A stretch of 64,000 nt of DNA. Source: Nitrospirales bacterium (lineage in GTDB: Bacteria > Nitrospirota > Nitrospiria > Nitrospirales > UBA8639). Shown here in pieces: positions 9,347 through 19,948 of this stretch. The notes below the pieces were generated by a model that worked only from the letters and a program-made list of their open reading frames with translations, was not told where the DNA came from and made no database searches. Position 1 is the stretch's first letter, and each line of letters begins with the position of its first letter. The stretch is from positions 2,368,001-2,432,000 of the forward strand of contig CBDBCZ010000019.1 in assembly GCA_965203295.1 (NCBI GenBank). Reading direction: 5' to 3'. Both the position numbers and the translations under genes were made by a program.

Positions 9347-10285
9347 TTACCCATTCAACCGTTGAAGCATGACCTCCAAGGAGGAGGGATCTTGCACGTT
9401 CAAAATCACAGCCTCCGGAAGGATGCGTTTAACCAAACCAGTTAACACCGTACCCGGCCCCACCTCGACAAATGTCCGAATACCCATTTCCCACATCGTC
9501 TCCATCGATTGCTGCCAAAGGACTGGGGAAGGCAATTGTTCAATCAATGAGGCCCGAACGGCACTAGCCAGTTGGATGGCTTTGGCATGGGCATTATTGA
9601 CTAATGGAACTTTCAAATCATTCATGAGGATCTCTTGAACCACAGAAGCAAGACGGTCTGCCGCTGGTTGCATCAAGGAGGTATGGACGGGCACACTCAC
9701 GGCCAAAGTCTTGAGGCGTCGGCCTCCCCTTAACTGGAGCAGCTCTCCTGCTCGTTCCACCGCGGCTTTCTCCCCAGCAACCACAACCTGTTCTGGACAA
9801 TTGAAGTTGGCGGCTGATACCACTCCTACTGATTGGGCCTCCTGACAGACTTCTTGAACAATGTCCTGGGACATCCCTAAGACCGCTGCCACCAGTCCGG
9901 TGCCAGGAGGCACGGCTTGGGCCATATACTGTCCACGCTTTTGGACCAATCCCACAGCATCAGCAAATGAGATTCCCTGAGCGGCAACCAAGGCAGAATA
10001 TTCCCCAAGACTATGGCCTGCAACCGCTCCGATGGGAAGAGTATGTTGTTCAAAAACACGAAGGGCCCCTATACTCGCGACGAGCAACGCTGGTTGAGTA
10101 AATTCTGTGAGATTAAGCTTATCGGCCGGCCCCTCAAAAGATAGGGCACCCAGATCATAGCCAACAATGTGATTCGCTTCATCATATAAATCGCGAACTG
10201 ATGGATAAGCTTCCCAAAAGGCTCTGCCCATTCCTACAGACTGTGACCCTTGCCCCGGAAACAGGAGACCAATAGAGTTCAACAT
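9347..10285 (-). CDS. fabD: Malonyl-CoA-ACP transacylase
   Basis: Motifs FPGQGSQ, TQPAL, GHSLGEY and EVGPG. Confidence 0.97.
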   Translation of the reverse strand: MLNSIGLLFPGQGSQSVGMGRAFWEAYPSVRDLYDEANHIVGYDLGALSFEGPADKLNLTEFTQPALLVASIGALRVFEQHTLPIGAVAGHSLGEYSALVAAQGISFADAVGLVQKRGQYMAQAVPPGTGLVAAVLGMSQDIVQEVCQEAQSVGVVSAANFNCPEQVVVAGEKAAVERAGELLQLRGGRRLKTLAVSVPVHTSLMQPAADRLASVVQEILMNDLKVPLVNNAHAKAIQLASAVRASLIEQLPSPVLWQQSMETMWEMGIRTFVEVGPGTVLTGLVKRILPEAVILNVQDPSSLEVMLQRLNG

Positions 10286-10342
10286 GGAAGCTAAGATATG
10301 AGTGAAAACATCGTCGTTGTCAAGGAAAAATCTGTTGAAACA

Positions 10343-11158
10343 TTAGTCAACCACAAATTCTCCCCCATCCACGCAAATGACATTTCCCGTCACCCATTGT
10401 GATTGCGGGTGGCTCAAAAGGCCAATGGCTTCCGCCACATCTCGAGTGGTGGTCAACCGCCCAGAAGGATTTTTCCGTTGGGCTAATGTGATCATCTCAT
10501 CGGAACCTGGAATTTTTCTCAAAGCTGGTGTATCCGTCACCCCAGCCATAATTGCATTCGCCGTAATCCCCAATGGAGCCAGTTCCAAGGTCAGTTGACG
10601 GATATTGGATTCCAAGGCAGCTTTCGCTGCGGACACAGCACCATAACTGGACCACACACGTGCACCTCCAGCGCTCGTCATCGCGAAAATTCGGCCACCT
10701 TTCGTCATCAAATTTGCAGACACGAGCTCTTGAGTCCAATACACAAGGCTATTCGCCATCACATCCAACGTCATATCAACTTGGGCTTTGGTGAGGGCTT
10801 CACCATCTGATTTCGCGATAAACGGCTTGAGTGTTCCGAAAGCCAGTGAATGCAGTAGAACACGAACATGCTGATCTCCTCCCCCATCGTGAAGCTTTTT
10901 GCCAATGGTTGCGAGGATTTCCCGACGTTTTTCTCCATCTGCCGCATTGGCATTGAAGAACACGGCCTCTCGATCCATCTTCTGGATGCTCGCGACTATT
11001 CGCTCCACATTGGGCAGAGTCGATTTTCGGTCAAGGTGAACTCCAAAAATATGCATGCCTAAACGAGCTAACTCCAAGGCCACGGCTTCACCAAACCCAC
11101 TTGAAGCACCAAGGATAAGCGCCCATTCACCTTCCAACGGTCGAGTCTCTGTTGTCAT
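10343..11158 (-). CDS. SDR oxidoreductase, probable FabL-type enoyl-ACP reductase
   Basis: GASSGFG Rossmann motif and Y-x6-K (YGAVSAAK). C-terminal DTPAL...P.GR...VDGG resembles FabL. Located inside the fab cluster. Confidence 0.75.
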   Translation of the reverse strand: MTTETRPLEGEWALILGASSGFGEAVALELARLGMHIFGVHLDRKSTLPNVERIVASIQKMDREAVFFNANAADGEKRREILATIGKKLHDGGGDQHVRVLLHSLAFGTLKPFIAKSDGEALTKAQVDMTLDVMANSLVYWTQELVSANLMTKGGRIFAMTSAGGARVWSSYGAVSAAKAALESNIRQLTLELAPLGITANAIMAGVTDTPALRKIPGSDEMITLAQRKNPSGRLTTTRDVAEAIGLLSHPQSQWVTGNVICVDGGEFVVD

Positions 11159-11298
11159 AGTGAACCCCTATAAAGAACGAATGTTATATCAACGAAATGT
11201 TTTCAGCCATTGTGATGAATTCGCTAGAAAAACCGATGATTCTCATGAAACTAAGCGGAGGAAGGACTTTCTTCATACCTGTCTTCCTCACGCAAGTA

Positions 11299-12273
11299 TT
11301 ACCAACGAATGACCCCTGAAGCCCAAGTCAACCCAGCCCCAAAAGCCGCGAGAAGAACCACATCCCCCCTTTTCACTCGTCCTCCTTTGACTGCCTCGTC
11401 CAAGGCAAGAGGAATAGACGCCGCGGAGGTGTTGCCATATCGGTCCAAATTCACCATTGTTTTTTCCATCGGAATTCTCAACCGTTCACTCACCGCTTTC
11501 AAAATTCGGAAATTGGCTTGATGAGGGACGAATACATCAATATCATCGATCGTTAATCCATTAGCAGAAAGAGCCTCCCTTGCAGCCTCTTCCATCGTTT
11601 TAACAGCAATCTTAAATGTCTCATTCCCTCGCATATGGATATAATGAAGACGATCGGCAAGCACCTTTTCCGAAGGGGGCTTGTTCGATCCTCCACCTGG
11701 CACGCAAATTAAATCCGAATAGTGGCCATCGGAATGGAGATGAAGTGAGAGAATTCCTCCTTCATTCTCCGACCCTCCAACGACAGCGGCTCCTGCCCCG
11801 TCACCAAATAATACACAGGTATTGCGATCCGTCCAATCCATGACCGTCGACATGACTTCTGATCCAATGACCAAAACATAGCGGGAATCCGTTCGGATAG
11901 AGGCGTGAGCCACAGCCAATGCATACACAAACCCGCAACACGCAGCAGAGAGATCCAGAGCTGCTGCCCGCGTCGCTCCCAATCGGTATTGAATCAAACA
12001 GGCGGTAGATGGTAATGGAGAATCACCAGTACACGTCGCGACGAGTATCAGCTCGAGATCAGAGGCATCGATTTGGGCTTCAGCTAATGCCTCCTGTGCC
12101 GCACACACTCCTAAATCCGAACACGCTTCTCCTTGCTCCACAAGACGGCGCTCTCGGATACCTGTCCGGTCCACAATCCAGGTATCCGACGTGTTAACCA
12201 TGCGTTCCAAATCAGCATTCGTCACTACCCGTTTGGGAACATAGGAACCTGTACCAAGAATATGACTATTCAT
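11299..12273 (-). CDS. fabH: Beta-ketoacyl-ACP synthase III
   Basis: Motifs RTGIRERR, AACCGF, LFGDGAGA, PHQAN and YGNTSAAS. Confidence 0.97.
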   Translation of the reverse strand: MNSHILGTGSYVPKRVVTNADLERMVNTSDTWIVDRTGIRERRLVEQGEACSDLGVCAAQEALAEAQIDASDLELILVATCTGDSPLPSTACLIQYRLGATRAAALDLSAACCGFVYALAVAHASIRTDSRYVLVIGSEVMSTVMDWTDRNTCVLFGDGAGAAVVGGSENEGGILSLHLHSDGHYSDLICVPGGGSNKPPSEKVLADRLHYIHMRGNETFKIAVKTMEEAAREALSANGLTIDDIDVFVPHQANFRILKAVSERLRIPMEKTMVNLDRYGNTSAASIPLALDEAVKGGRVKRGDVVLLAAFGAGLTWASGVIRW

Positions 12274-13310
12274 TCGACTGCCATGGTCTGGCCGGCGTCG
12301 GGAGAGGGAGAAAGGTTCACTTCGACATCTTGCTGAATCAAATCAATGAGGGGAAAATTTGCCAGAGAATGAGCCCGGACAACCGCATTTTTAATAGCCT
12401 TGGCGGACGAGCGGCCATGACAAATCATACTGATGCCATTGACCCCCAAAAGAGGAGCTCCACCAAATTCCGCATAATCCGTCCGACGTCGGAGGCGCAT
12501 TAACGGCGGGGCCAAAAAGACCAACGACAACCGACCCAATCGGGATTGGGCAATCTCTGTCATCAGCATTTTTTTCATGGCCTCTGCCAAGCCTTCAGAT
12601 ATTTTGAGAGAGACATTGCCAAGAAACCCATCACAGACAACCACATCAGCCGCCCCACTATAGACATCCCTTCCCTCTAAGTTTCCGATAAAGTTGAGAG
12701 AGCTTTCCTTACAAAGACGGAAGGCCTCTTTGGTCACTTCATTGCCCTTGGTATCTTCTTCTCCGATACTCAAGAGCCCGACTCGAGGGCTTGCCTTTCC
12801 AAAAAGATATTTTCCGTACTCATTCCCCATCAAGGCAAATTGGTATAAATGCTGAGCCGTACAATCAACAGTGGCCCCAACATCTAACATAATCGCCGTT
12901 CCCTTAAGGGTCGGGAGAGTGGCCGCGATAGCTGGACGTTCCACCCCTTTAATGACGCCCAACAGGAAAAATGCCGATACCATCGTAGCTCCGGTGTTCC
13001 CGGCACTCACCACGGCTTGCGCTTCTCCAGATTTGACAAGACTGGTCGCCACCCAAATGGAAGAGTCGCGTTTTTTTCTCGCCACATGTGTCGCTGATTC
13101 GTGCATGTCGACCGTTTGAGACGCATGGCGAAAGCTCACGCGAGAGTCGGAGTAGCCTAAACGATCGAGTTCACGTTGAACTAAATTTTGATCGCCGACT
13201 AACACCAATTCGGTGTTCAGCTCGCGGATGGCTTGAGTAGCCCCTTCGATGATGGGGATGATTCCATGATCCCCACCCATCGCATCGACGGCAATTCTCA
13301 TAGCTGTCAT
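12270..13310 (-). CDS. plsX: Phosphate acyltransferase
   Basis: Motifs IAVDAMGGD, SAGNTGA, DGFLGN and HGRS. Start at 13310 or 13301. Confidence 0.97.
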   Translation of the reverse strand: MTAMRIAVDAMGGDHGIIPIIEGATQAIRELNTELVLVGDQNLVQRELDRLGYSDSRVSFRHASQTVDMHESATHVARKKRDSSIWVATSLVKSGEAQAVVSAGNTGATMVSAFFLLGVIKGVERPAIAATLPTLKGTAIMLDVGATVDCTAQHLYQFALMGNEYGKYLFGKASPRVGLLSIGEEDTKGNEVTKEAFRLCKESSLNFIGNLEGRDVYSGAADVVVCDGFLGNVSLKISEGLAEAMKKMLMTEIAQSRLGRLSLVFLAPPLMRLRRRTDYAEFGGAPLLGVNGISMICHGRSSAKAIKNAVVRAHSLANFPLIDLIQQDVEVNLSPSPDAGQTMAVE

Positions 13311-13347
13311 AGTAAGAAGCCCGTTATATTGTTGAGAGAGGAAGACT

Positions 13348-13530
13348 TTAGCCTTCCTGAACGGCAATCACTGGGATGCCTTTGTAGTATCCGCATTCGA
13401 GGCAGGTCCGATGTGGGAGCGTCGGTTCGTGGCATTGAGGACAAATGGAAAAACTTGGAACGGTCAATTTCTTATGAGTCCTTCGTGAATCCCGCCTCGC
13501 TCTAGAAATTTTGTGTTTCGGATTAGCCAT
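13348..13530 (-). CDS. rpmF: 50S ribosomal protein L32
   Basis: MANPKHKISRARRDSRR followed by two CxxC motifs. Confidence 0.97.
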   Translation of the reverse strand: MANPKHKISRARRDSRRTHKKLTVPSFSICPQCHEPTLPHRTCLECGYYKGIPVIAVQEG

Positions 13531-13586
13531 AAGATTCCCTCAAAACATTGTAAAAGATAGCCATCAAGATGAGCCGAAAATGATCA

Positions 13587-14141
13587 TCAGGGGTTCATGT
13601 TTTCTCGTGCTTTCACAAGATCTCGCAGAGCAGAGAAGGGAGAGAGGCCCTGATCCTTTCCACAAGAACACGTTGCTTGATTCAAGTCTTGGCCGCATTG
13701 TGAACATAGCCCTGAACAGTTCACGTGACAAAGGGGTTGCATGGGTAGTGCAAGAATGACGTGCTCCCGAAGCATAGGGGCAAGGTCCACTTGATTGGCA
13801 ACAATAGGGTAGGGATCTTCTTCTGGTTTTTCATCATTTTTCTCACCAGGTGGATACCTTACTTCCTGTTGTTCATGTTGATACGAACCCGAAACAACCA
13901 AGTCCAACGGGGTCTCAAACTCTTCCAAGCATCGCACGCATTCTTGTATCAAAACCCCCCTTACCTTGCCGTAAGCCCCTGCTCCTTCTGGAGTCTTGAC
14001 CAAGGTGGCCTTGAGATGAAGAGGACCTTTGACACGTGCATCGCTTTCCTTCAGGGACAGTTCGTCAGGATGAAATTCACACTCAAGTGAAAGCCCTTCT
14101 TCAACAATCTGCTTTATATGAAAGCTCAGCGAAGTTATCAT
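13587..14141 (-). CDS. yceD: DUF177/YceD family protein
   Basis: Motifs CVRCL and LPMQPLC..C.GLC..CG. Sits directly upstream of rpmF. Confidence 0.92.
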   Translation of the reverse strand: MITSLSFHIKQIVEEGLSLECEFHPDELSLKESDARVKGPLHLKATLVKTPEGAGAYGKVRGVLIQECVRCLEEFETPLDLVVSGSYQHEQQEVRYPPGEKNDEKPEEDPYPIVANQVDLAPMLREHVILALPMQPLCHVNCSGLCSQCGQDLNQATCSCGKDQGLSPFSALRDLVKARENMNP

Positions 14142-14243
14142 ACCGACCCCTCACGAACAGAAAGGAAAATCGGCACCCAACGTGAATGAAATTGGGTTTG
14201 ATAGAAGCCCAAGGGGAATTCCCTAGAGGAGATTCCCCCAGCC

Positions 14244-14471
14244 TTACTGTTCCTCAGAAAAGGCCAGCAAGGCGATGCTTCGCGCACGTTTAATCGCAAC
14301 CGTCAATTTACGTTGATGCCGCATACAGTTTCCTGAGGTTCGCCGAGGAACAATACGACCTCGTTCGGTCAAGAAATTGCGTAATAAGCCGACATCCTTA
14401 AAATCCAAAGGGGTTTCATCTTGGCAAAACCGACAATACCGACGTCGCTGAAAAAGCCGTCCTCGCTCCAC
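14244..14471 (-). CDS. rpsR: 30S ribosomal protein S18
   Basis: CRFC..DFKD..FLTERGRIVPRR..AIKRAR. Confidence 0.97.
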   Translation of the reverse strand: MERGRLFQRRRYCRFCQDETPLDFKDVGLLRNFLTERGRIVPRRTSGNCMRHQRKLTVAIKRARSIALLAFSEEQ

Positions 14472-14525
14472 GATACACGCTCCTCGTTTGTTACCGTATC
14501 GCTTTAGGTCGTCAACTCCATTCTT

Positions 14526-14918
14526 TTAGGATATCTCTTCTGATTCGTATGAATGGTCGGAGGGATACTCCGTCTCCCCCATCGCATTCTGTCTCTTGGG
14601 AAGAAAAGTCACCGATTGGGCCACGACCTCATGCTTACTCCGCCGTTGGCCATCATCAGTTTCCCACCGACGTTGTTGCAACCGGCCATCAATGATCGCT
14701 CCATCGCCTTTACTCAAATACTGGCCACAATGTTCAGCCTGTTTCCCAAAGACGACGATATCAATGTAACACACTTCTTCTTTCTGTTCATCAGACTGAC
14801 GATACCGGCGATTCACCGCCAATCCAAAATTGGTCACCGGAGTCCCACTCGGCGTATAGCGAAGCTCCGGAGTCCTTGTCAGATTGCCGATCAACACAAC
14901 TTTATTGAATCCCGTCAT
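14526..14918 (-). CDS. ssb: Single-stranded DNA-binding protein
   Basis: FNKVVLIGNLTRTPELRYTPSG, lying between rpsF and rpsR. Confidence 0.97.
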   Translation of the reverse strand: MTGFNKVVLIGNLTRTPELRYTPSGTPVTNFGLAVNRRYRQSDEQKEEVCYIDIVVFGKQAEHCGQYLSKGDGAIIDGRLQQRRWETDDGQRRSKHEVVAQSVTFLPKRQNAMGETEYPSDHSYESEEIS

Positions 14919-15240
14919 TGTCCGACTCCGTCTTCCCAGCGGCTTGCAACTCTTCTTCTTCAACCCGTACCGTCAGAAATTTCAAGACCGAATCTTCTAA
15001 TCGATATTGACGCTCAAGCTGCCCCACAACATTTCCCTTCGCTTCGAACTGGAGGTGGACATAGGCTCCTCGGCGGTCATGCTGAATTTCATAAGCCAAC
15101 TTTTTCTTTCCCCAATTATCAGCTTTCAAAATGGAGGCCCCATGTTTTTCCAAGACCCCCTTCATTTTGTCGATTAGGCCCACGGTCTCTTCATCACTGA
15201 TAGACGACCGAAGGATAAAGATTGAATCATAAAACGGCAT
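14902..15240 (-). CDS. rpsF: 30S ribosomal protein S6
   Basis: WGKKKLAYEI motif and rpsF-ssb-rpsR gene order. Confidence 0.96.
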   Translation of the reverse strand: MPFYDSIFILRSSISDEETVGLIDKMKGVLEKHGASILKADNWGKKKLAYEIQHDRRGAYVHLQFEAKGNVVGQLERQYRLEDSVLKFLTVRVEEEELQAAGKTESDNDGIQ

Positions 15241-15359
15241 GGATAGTCTCCTCATCCAAAGCGGATAGTCACGTTTTCTATCAAGAAGGCGCCTACTATC
15301 AGATACTTATTAACAATCTTTCGAAACTAGCATAGCCCAAAAGGTAGTGTCAAACTTGG

Positions 15360-16451
15360 TTAGACGTTGAATCGAAAATACACGACATCACCCTCTTGCA
15401 CGATATATTCTCGGCCTTCAAGGCGAAAAAGGCCCTCCTCACGAACGGAAGCAGGATTCCCACACCGAATCAAATCATCGTATGTAAAGACTTCCGCACG
15501 GATAAAGCCTCGCTGGATATCGGAATGAATTTTCCCGGCTGCCACTTGAGCCTGCGTTCCATTTCGTATCGTCCAGGCACGGGATTCTTCTTCACCAGCG
15601 GTAAAGAAGGTAATAAGACCTAAGACTTCATGAGCCTGGGCAAGGAGGCGCTGCAGTCCTGATTCCTGCAACCCCATCTCACGAAAAAACTCCATTCGTT
15701 CATTCTCAGATAGCGCAGCCAACTCCGCTTCAATTTGTCCAGAAAGGATGATCGTTTTCGCCCCTCGCTGATCTCCATGAGCCATCACCAACTTCACCAG
15801 AGGATCATCAGCGCTAACACCTTCAAGAACATTGGCGACATAAAACACAGGCTTGACCGAGAGGAGTTGATAATCCTGGAGTTTCTGGTTTTCTTCTGGA
15901 GAAAACGTTTGCCCATATAACCAAACGTTCTCACCCAGCAAATCCTCTAACTTTCCGATGAAAGCGAGCTCCTCTTGAGCTGACTTTGTCCCTGTTTTCA
16001 TTTGCTTTTCAAGACGTTGTTTCCTTCGCTCTAACGTCCCAAGGTCCGCTAGAATCAATTCAGACTCAATCACCGCAATATCCCGAAGTGGATCCAACTC
16101 ACCGATGACATGCATGACATTCGGATCTGGAAAGCACCGCACCAAATGAAGCAGTGCATCAACTTCTCGAATCTGGGCTAAAAATTCATTGCCAAGACCT
16201 TCGCCGTGGCTAGCCCCTTGGACTAAACCGGCCATATCGCGAACTTCCAAGGTACTGGGTGTGATTTTTTTGGAACGAAAGATTCGCGACAATTGACTGA
16301 GACGTGGATCTGCGATTCCCGAAACACCGATTTGGGTTTCAACGGTTGAGAAGGGATAGTTCGCCACCACCCCTCCTCCTCCCACGAGCGAATTAAAGAC
16401 CGTGGTCTTTCCAACGTTCGGGAGCCCAATCATGCCGCAACAAAGACTCAT
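15360..16451 (-). CDS. ychF: Redox-regulated ATPase YchF
   Basis: Motifs [22 protein letters not shown] and AGKIHSD..RGFIRAE. Confidence 0.96.
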   Translation of the reverse strand: MSLCCGMIGLPNVGKTTVFNSLVGGGGVVANYPFSTVETQIGVSGIADPRLSQLSRIFRSKKITPSTLEVRDMAGLVQGASHGEGLGNEFLAQIREVDALLHLVRCFPDPNVMHVIGELDPLRDIAVIESELILADLGTLERRKQRLEKQMKTGTKSAQEELAFIGKLEDLLGENVWLYGQTFSPEENQKLQDYQLLSVKPVFYVANVLEGVSADDPLVKLVMAHGDQRGAKTIILSGQIEAELAALSENERMEFFREMGLQESGLQRLLAQAHEVLGLITFFTAGEEESRAWTIRNGTQAQVAAGKIHSDIQRGFIRAEVFTYDDLIRCGNPASVREEGLFRLEGREYIVQEGDVVYFRFNV

Positions 16452-16456
16452 ACGTG

Positions 16457-17038
16457 TTAACTTTCTTCCTCTTGAGATCTCCTCGTATTGAAACGTTCCA
16501 TGGCTCTCGCGACTCCCTGTTGAACCAGACATTCTAGGGCCGTGACGGCACTGTTCAATCCGATTTCGATACTTGAGATCTCTGAAGGAGAGAACGGAGA
16601 GAGGACGTAATCTGAGGTTTCTTGGCCAAAGCTTGGCCGGCCAATACCTACCTTTATTCGAAGAAACTCATCAGTTCTCAGTGCCCTGATGAGAGAATTG
16701 ATGCCATTATGGCCTCCCGAACCACCACGTTGCTTAATTCGGATCCGTCCGGCATCTAAATCCAGATCATCATGAACAACAATAAGTTGAGGAATCGTGC
16801 TCTGACACTCGTCAACCAGAGCCTTGACGATCTCCCCAGTTTGGTTCATCCAGGTCAGGGGGAGGGCAATGGTAACAGATTCCTGACCCAGGCTTCCTTG
16901 ACCTAAGCGGGCATAACCTATTGTTGAAAAGGAGATAGACCATTGATCCGAGGCTTGGTTGAGGACCATCCACCCAATATTATGCCGCGTAGAGGCGTAT
17001 TGCGGCCCGGGATTACCAAGACCAACAATCAAATACAA
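16457..17038 (-). CDS. pth: Peptidyl-tRNA hydrolase
   Basis: Motifs LIVGLGNPG..TRHNIG, HDDLD and GGHNG. Confidence 0.97.
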   Translation of the reverse strand: MYLIVGLGNPGPQYASTRHNIGWMVLNQASDQWSISFSTIGYARLGQGSLGQESVTIALPLTWMNQTGEIVKALVDECQSTIPQLIVVHDDLDLDAGRIRIKQRGGSGGHNGINSLIRALRTDEFLRIKVGIGRPSFGQETSDYVLSPFSPSEISSIEIGLNSAVTALECLVQQGVARAMERFNTRRSQEEES

Positions 17039-17067
17039 CTGCTATTTTTTACCCTCAGGGCCCTTTC

Positions 17068-17769
17068 CTACGGCCTGTGTGGCGTTTCAGCCTTCGCCTT
17101 ATCCTTTTCACCCTCCGGTGCAGCAGCCCCTGCAGCGGGAGTCGTCGGCCCCGCAGCAGCTTCCCCACCTTCAACCGTTAACATGGCCGCCAGCTTTTCT
17201 TCAGAAATAAGAGCCGAGACACTGACCACCATTTGATCCGCATCATCGAGAATCCGAAGACCCTCACCGATCTGAAGGTCTCGAACGTGAATGCCTTGTC
17301 CAATACCTAAGGCAGAGGCATCAACGTCAATTTGATCAGGCATGGAACCCGGAAGGCATTCGATATGGAGTTCTCGCAGATTGTGATGAAGAACGCCTTT
17401 ATCTCGCTTCACACCGATGGGCGTTTCCCCAACCATATGGACTTGAACCTTGACCCGGACGGGCTTATCCATCGACACCTCAAAGAAATCGACATGAAGT
17501 ATCGCTCCAGTAATGGGGTCCACCTGAAAGTCTTGAATAACTGCCACGCGTTCAGTGTTTTGAGCGTCGTCCTGAATTTGAACGGTGATTAACGCTGTAC
17601 TACCGCCTTGAGCCAATAAAATTTTTCTCACCGTGGCTGGATCGATGACTAGAAGCAATGATGTCCCTCGACCATAAAGAACGGCAGGGATCATTCCATT
17701 CCGCCGTGTTTGCCTTGCCATTCCCTTCCCTGCGGATCGCCTCGCTTGAGCCTGTGCATCAAATTTCAT
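17068..17769 (-). CDS. rplY: 50S ribosomal protein L25/Ctc
   Basis: Motifs IPAVLYG and HVDF, long Ctc form, between prs and pth. Confidence 0.95.
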   Translation of the reverse strand: MKFDAQAQARRSAGKGMARQTRRNGMIPAVLYGRGTSLLLVIDPATVRKILLAQGGSTALITVQIQDDAQNTERVAVIQDFQVDPITGAILHVDFFEVSMDKPVRVKVQVHMVGETPIGVKRDKGVLHHNLRELHIECLPGSMPDQIDVDASALGIGQGIHVRDLQIGEGLRILDDADQMVVSVSALISEEKLAAMLTVEGGEAAAGPTTPAAGAAAPEGEKDKAKAETPHRP

Positions 17770-17903
17770 GACATCCCTCTCATATTCAACACCATTTCTC
17801 TTTTAGATACCCACACCGAATGTTGCTGGAAACCAATTTTAATCTTCGAGCCTTTCGAACAAAGCGGGTATTTTACAGTTTCTATGACAGGATAAAAAGG
17901 GGG

Positions 17904-18845
17904 TCAGACAAAAAGTGAGGTCACCGATTGCTCTTCATGGATTCGCTTGATGGCCTCCCCAAGGATCGGGGCGACAGAGAGGATGCGGATTTTCGGACAG
18001 AGTTGGTCTTTCCCATGGAGAGGAATGGTATTGGTCACAGCCACTTCAGTCAGACAAGACTGTTGAATGCGATCAATCGCGGGGCCAGAAAGAACGGGGT
18101 GAGTACAACCCGCCCACACAGCTGATGCTCCTTGATCAACACAGGCTTGAGCTGTTTCCATGATGGTTCCAGCGGTATCAATCATATCATCAAGTAACAA
18201 GGCGTAACATCCCTTCACTTTTCCGATAATATTCATGACTTGGGTTTGGTTCGGTCCCTCTCGCCGTTTGTCGATGATGGCGAGATTGGCGTATAGCCGT
18301 TTGGCAAAGGCTCGGGCCCGTTCCACACCCCCTGCATCCGGGGAAACCACCACAATATCTCTAAAGTCATTTTTCTTAATGTAATCCAAAAGCAAAGGGG
18401 TCGCATAAAGGTGGTCAACAGGGATATTGAAAAATCCCTGAATGGGGCCAGCATGGAGATCCATGGTCAAAGCCCGGTTCGCCCCAGCCGTCGTGATCAA
18501 ATCAGCCATCAATTTAGCACTAATGGGAACCCGCGGTTGGTCTTTTCGATCTTGCCGGGCGTAGCCATAATATGGAATCACGGCGGTGATTCGAGAGGCC
18601 GAAGACCGTTTCAGCGCGTCCATCATGATTAACATTTCCATGATAGAAGTATTGACTGGATGGCAACACGATTGCATTAAAAAGACATCAGCCCCTCTGA
18701 CATTTTCCTCAATTTTGACCCGAATTTCTCCGTCACTAAACGTCGAAACCGTCGCTCGGGATAAACCAATCCCTAAGTACTCGCATATTTGTTGAGCAAG
18801 GACAGGATTGGAGTTACCAGAAAATAGTTTGAGCTCACGAATCAT
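17904..18845 (-). CDS. prs: Ribose-phosphate pyrophosphokinase
   Basis: Motifs FSDGE, YARQDRK, SPDAGG and DDMIDTAGT. Confidence 0.98.
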   Translation of the reverse strand: MIRELKLFSGNSNPVLAQQICEYLGIGLSRATVSTFSDGEIRVKIEENVRGADVFLMQSCCHPVNTSIMEMLIMMDALKRSSASRITAVIPYYGYARQDRKDQPRVPISAKLMADLITTAGANRALTMDLHAGPIQGFFNIPVDHLYATPLLLDYIKKNDFRDIVVVSPDAGGVERARAFAKRLYANLAIIDKRREGPNQTQVMNIIGKVKGCYALLLDDMIDTAGTIMETAQACVDQGASAVWAGCTHPVLSGPAIDRIQQSCLTEVAVTNTIPLHGKDQLCPKIRILSVAPILGEAIKRIHEEQSVTSLFV

Positions 18846-18925
18846 AGAGAGACTTATAGTGGAATGTTGATGATGTGGAATGGAAAACGCTTACACACCA
18901 TATTGAGGCTATTCCCAATGTGTTG

Positions 18926-19876
18926 TCAACCCGACAGACGAGAAGCTGAAAAATTCTGTGACGTGTCCGCCTCCAGCTTGGTCGGGAACAACTTCTCTGA
19001 TCCAGCCTTCACTGCATACGCTGAATAACCTGTGACCGCGCTCACCATTTCCTGAGCTCGCACGGCCATTGGTTTCTCACGGAATAGACCAAAGACCGTC
19101 GCGCCACTTCCTGACAGAAGCGAAGCCTCTGCACCAACATCGAGCAATTGTCTTTTTACTCGAGAAAGAGTCTCAAACGATTGAAAAATTGGAGATTCAA
19201 AATCATTTTCAACCAAGGGGACGACATCATCCCAAATCAAACCCTTTTTGACCTCGAGACTCGTCAGCTTTTCAGAAAGTGACGGAACCATTCGTCGCGA
19301 TGCAGACAAACATTCATATGCCCATCTGGTCTCAATAGGAAATCCAGGATTCACAAGAACGATCCATCGCTCTCCCTCCAGTCCGATGGGAAGCACCTCT
19401 TCTCCACAACCCCGGACAATGGCACAGGGGGATTCAAAAAAGAAGGGAACGTCGCTCCCCAAAACGGCTCCAACCTTTTTCAGTTGATCGATTGACCACC
19501 CCAACCCCAACAGTCTGTTTAAGCCTGCAATCGTTGCGGCAGCATCACTGCTTCCCCCACCAAGACCAGCCCCCATTGGAATCCGCTTGCGAAGCACGAT
19601 GTCCAAACCTCTTTCTATCACAGCCTGACTCAGAACGAGTTCAGCAGCTCGGTAGACCAAGTTATTCGTATCTGAAGGCAATCCCGTCCCCTCACATTCA
19701 AGATCAATTTTTTTTGCATGGCCATTCAATCGAATGATTAACTCATCCTCTAATTCGACTGTGTGCATTAAAGACCAAAGGCGATGATAGCCATGGGGTA
19801 GGCGATCAAGCACTTTGAGAATGATATTCACCTTACCAGGAGGGCGAAGGTGAACTTCCCTATGCTCATCACTCAT
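18926..19876 (-). CDS. ispE: 4-diphosphocytidyl-2-C-methyl-D-erythritol kinase
   Basis: Motifs KRIPMGAGLGGGSSDAA, GSDVPFF, NDFE and SGSG. Confidence 0.96.
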   Translation of the reverse strand: MSDEHREVHLRPPGKVNIILKVLDRLPHGYHRLWSLMHTVELEDELIIRLNGHAKKIDLECEGTGLPSDTNNLVYRAAELVLSQAVIERGLDIVLRKRIPMGAGLGGGSSDAAATIAGLNRLLGLGWSIDQLKKVGAVLGSDVPFFFESPCAIVRGCGEEVLPIGLEGERWIVLVNPGFPIETRWAYECLSASRRMVPSLSEKLTSLEVKKGLIWDDVVPLVENDFESPIFQSFETLSRVKRQLLDVGAEASLLSGSGATVFGLFREKPMAVRAQEMVSAVTGYSAYAVKAGSEKLFPTKLEADTSQNFSASRLSG

Positions 19877-19948
19877 GCTTTACACTCAATCTTTCATGGA
19901 ACAGGTAGGAACACATGAGGAACATGACACACAGAAGCCGCTAAGAGA

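Noticed and set aside
14553..15200. 215-aa plus-strand ORF and many other antisense ORFs in the track
   Set aside because: They lie opposite well-supported genes such as ssb and rpsF and show no recognisable motifs.
18846..18925. Expected tRNA-Gln between ispE and prs
   Set aside because: No cloverleaf or TTCGA T-loop was found on either strand.
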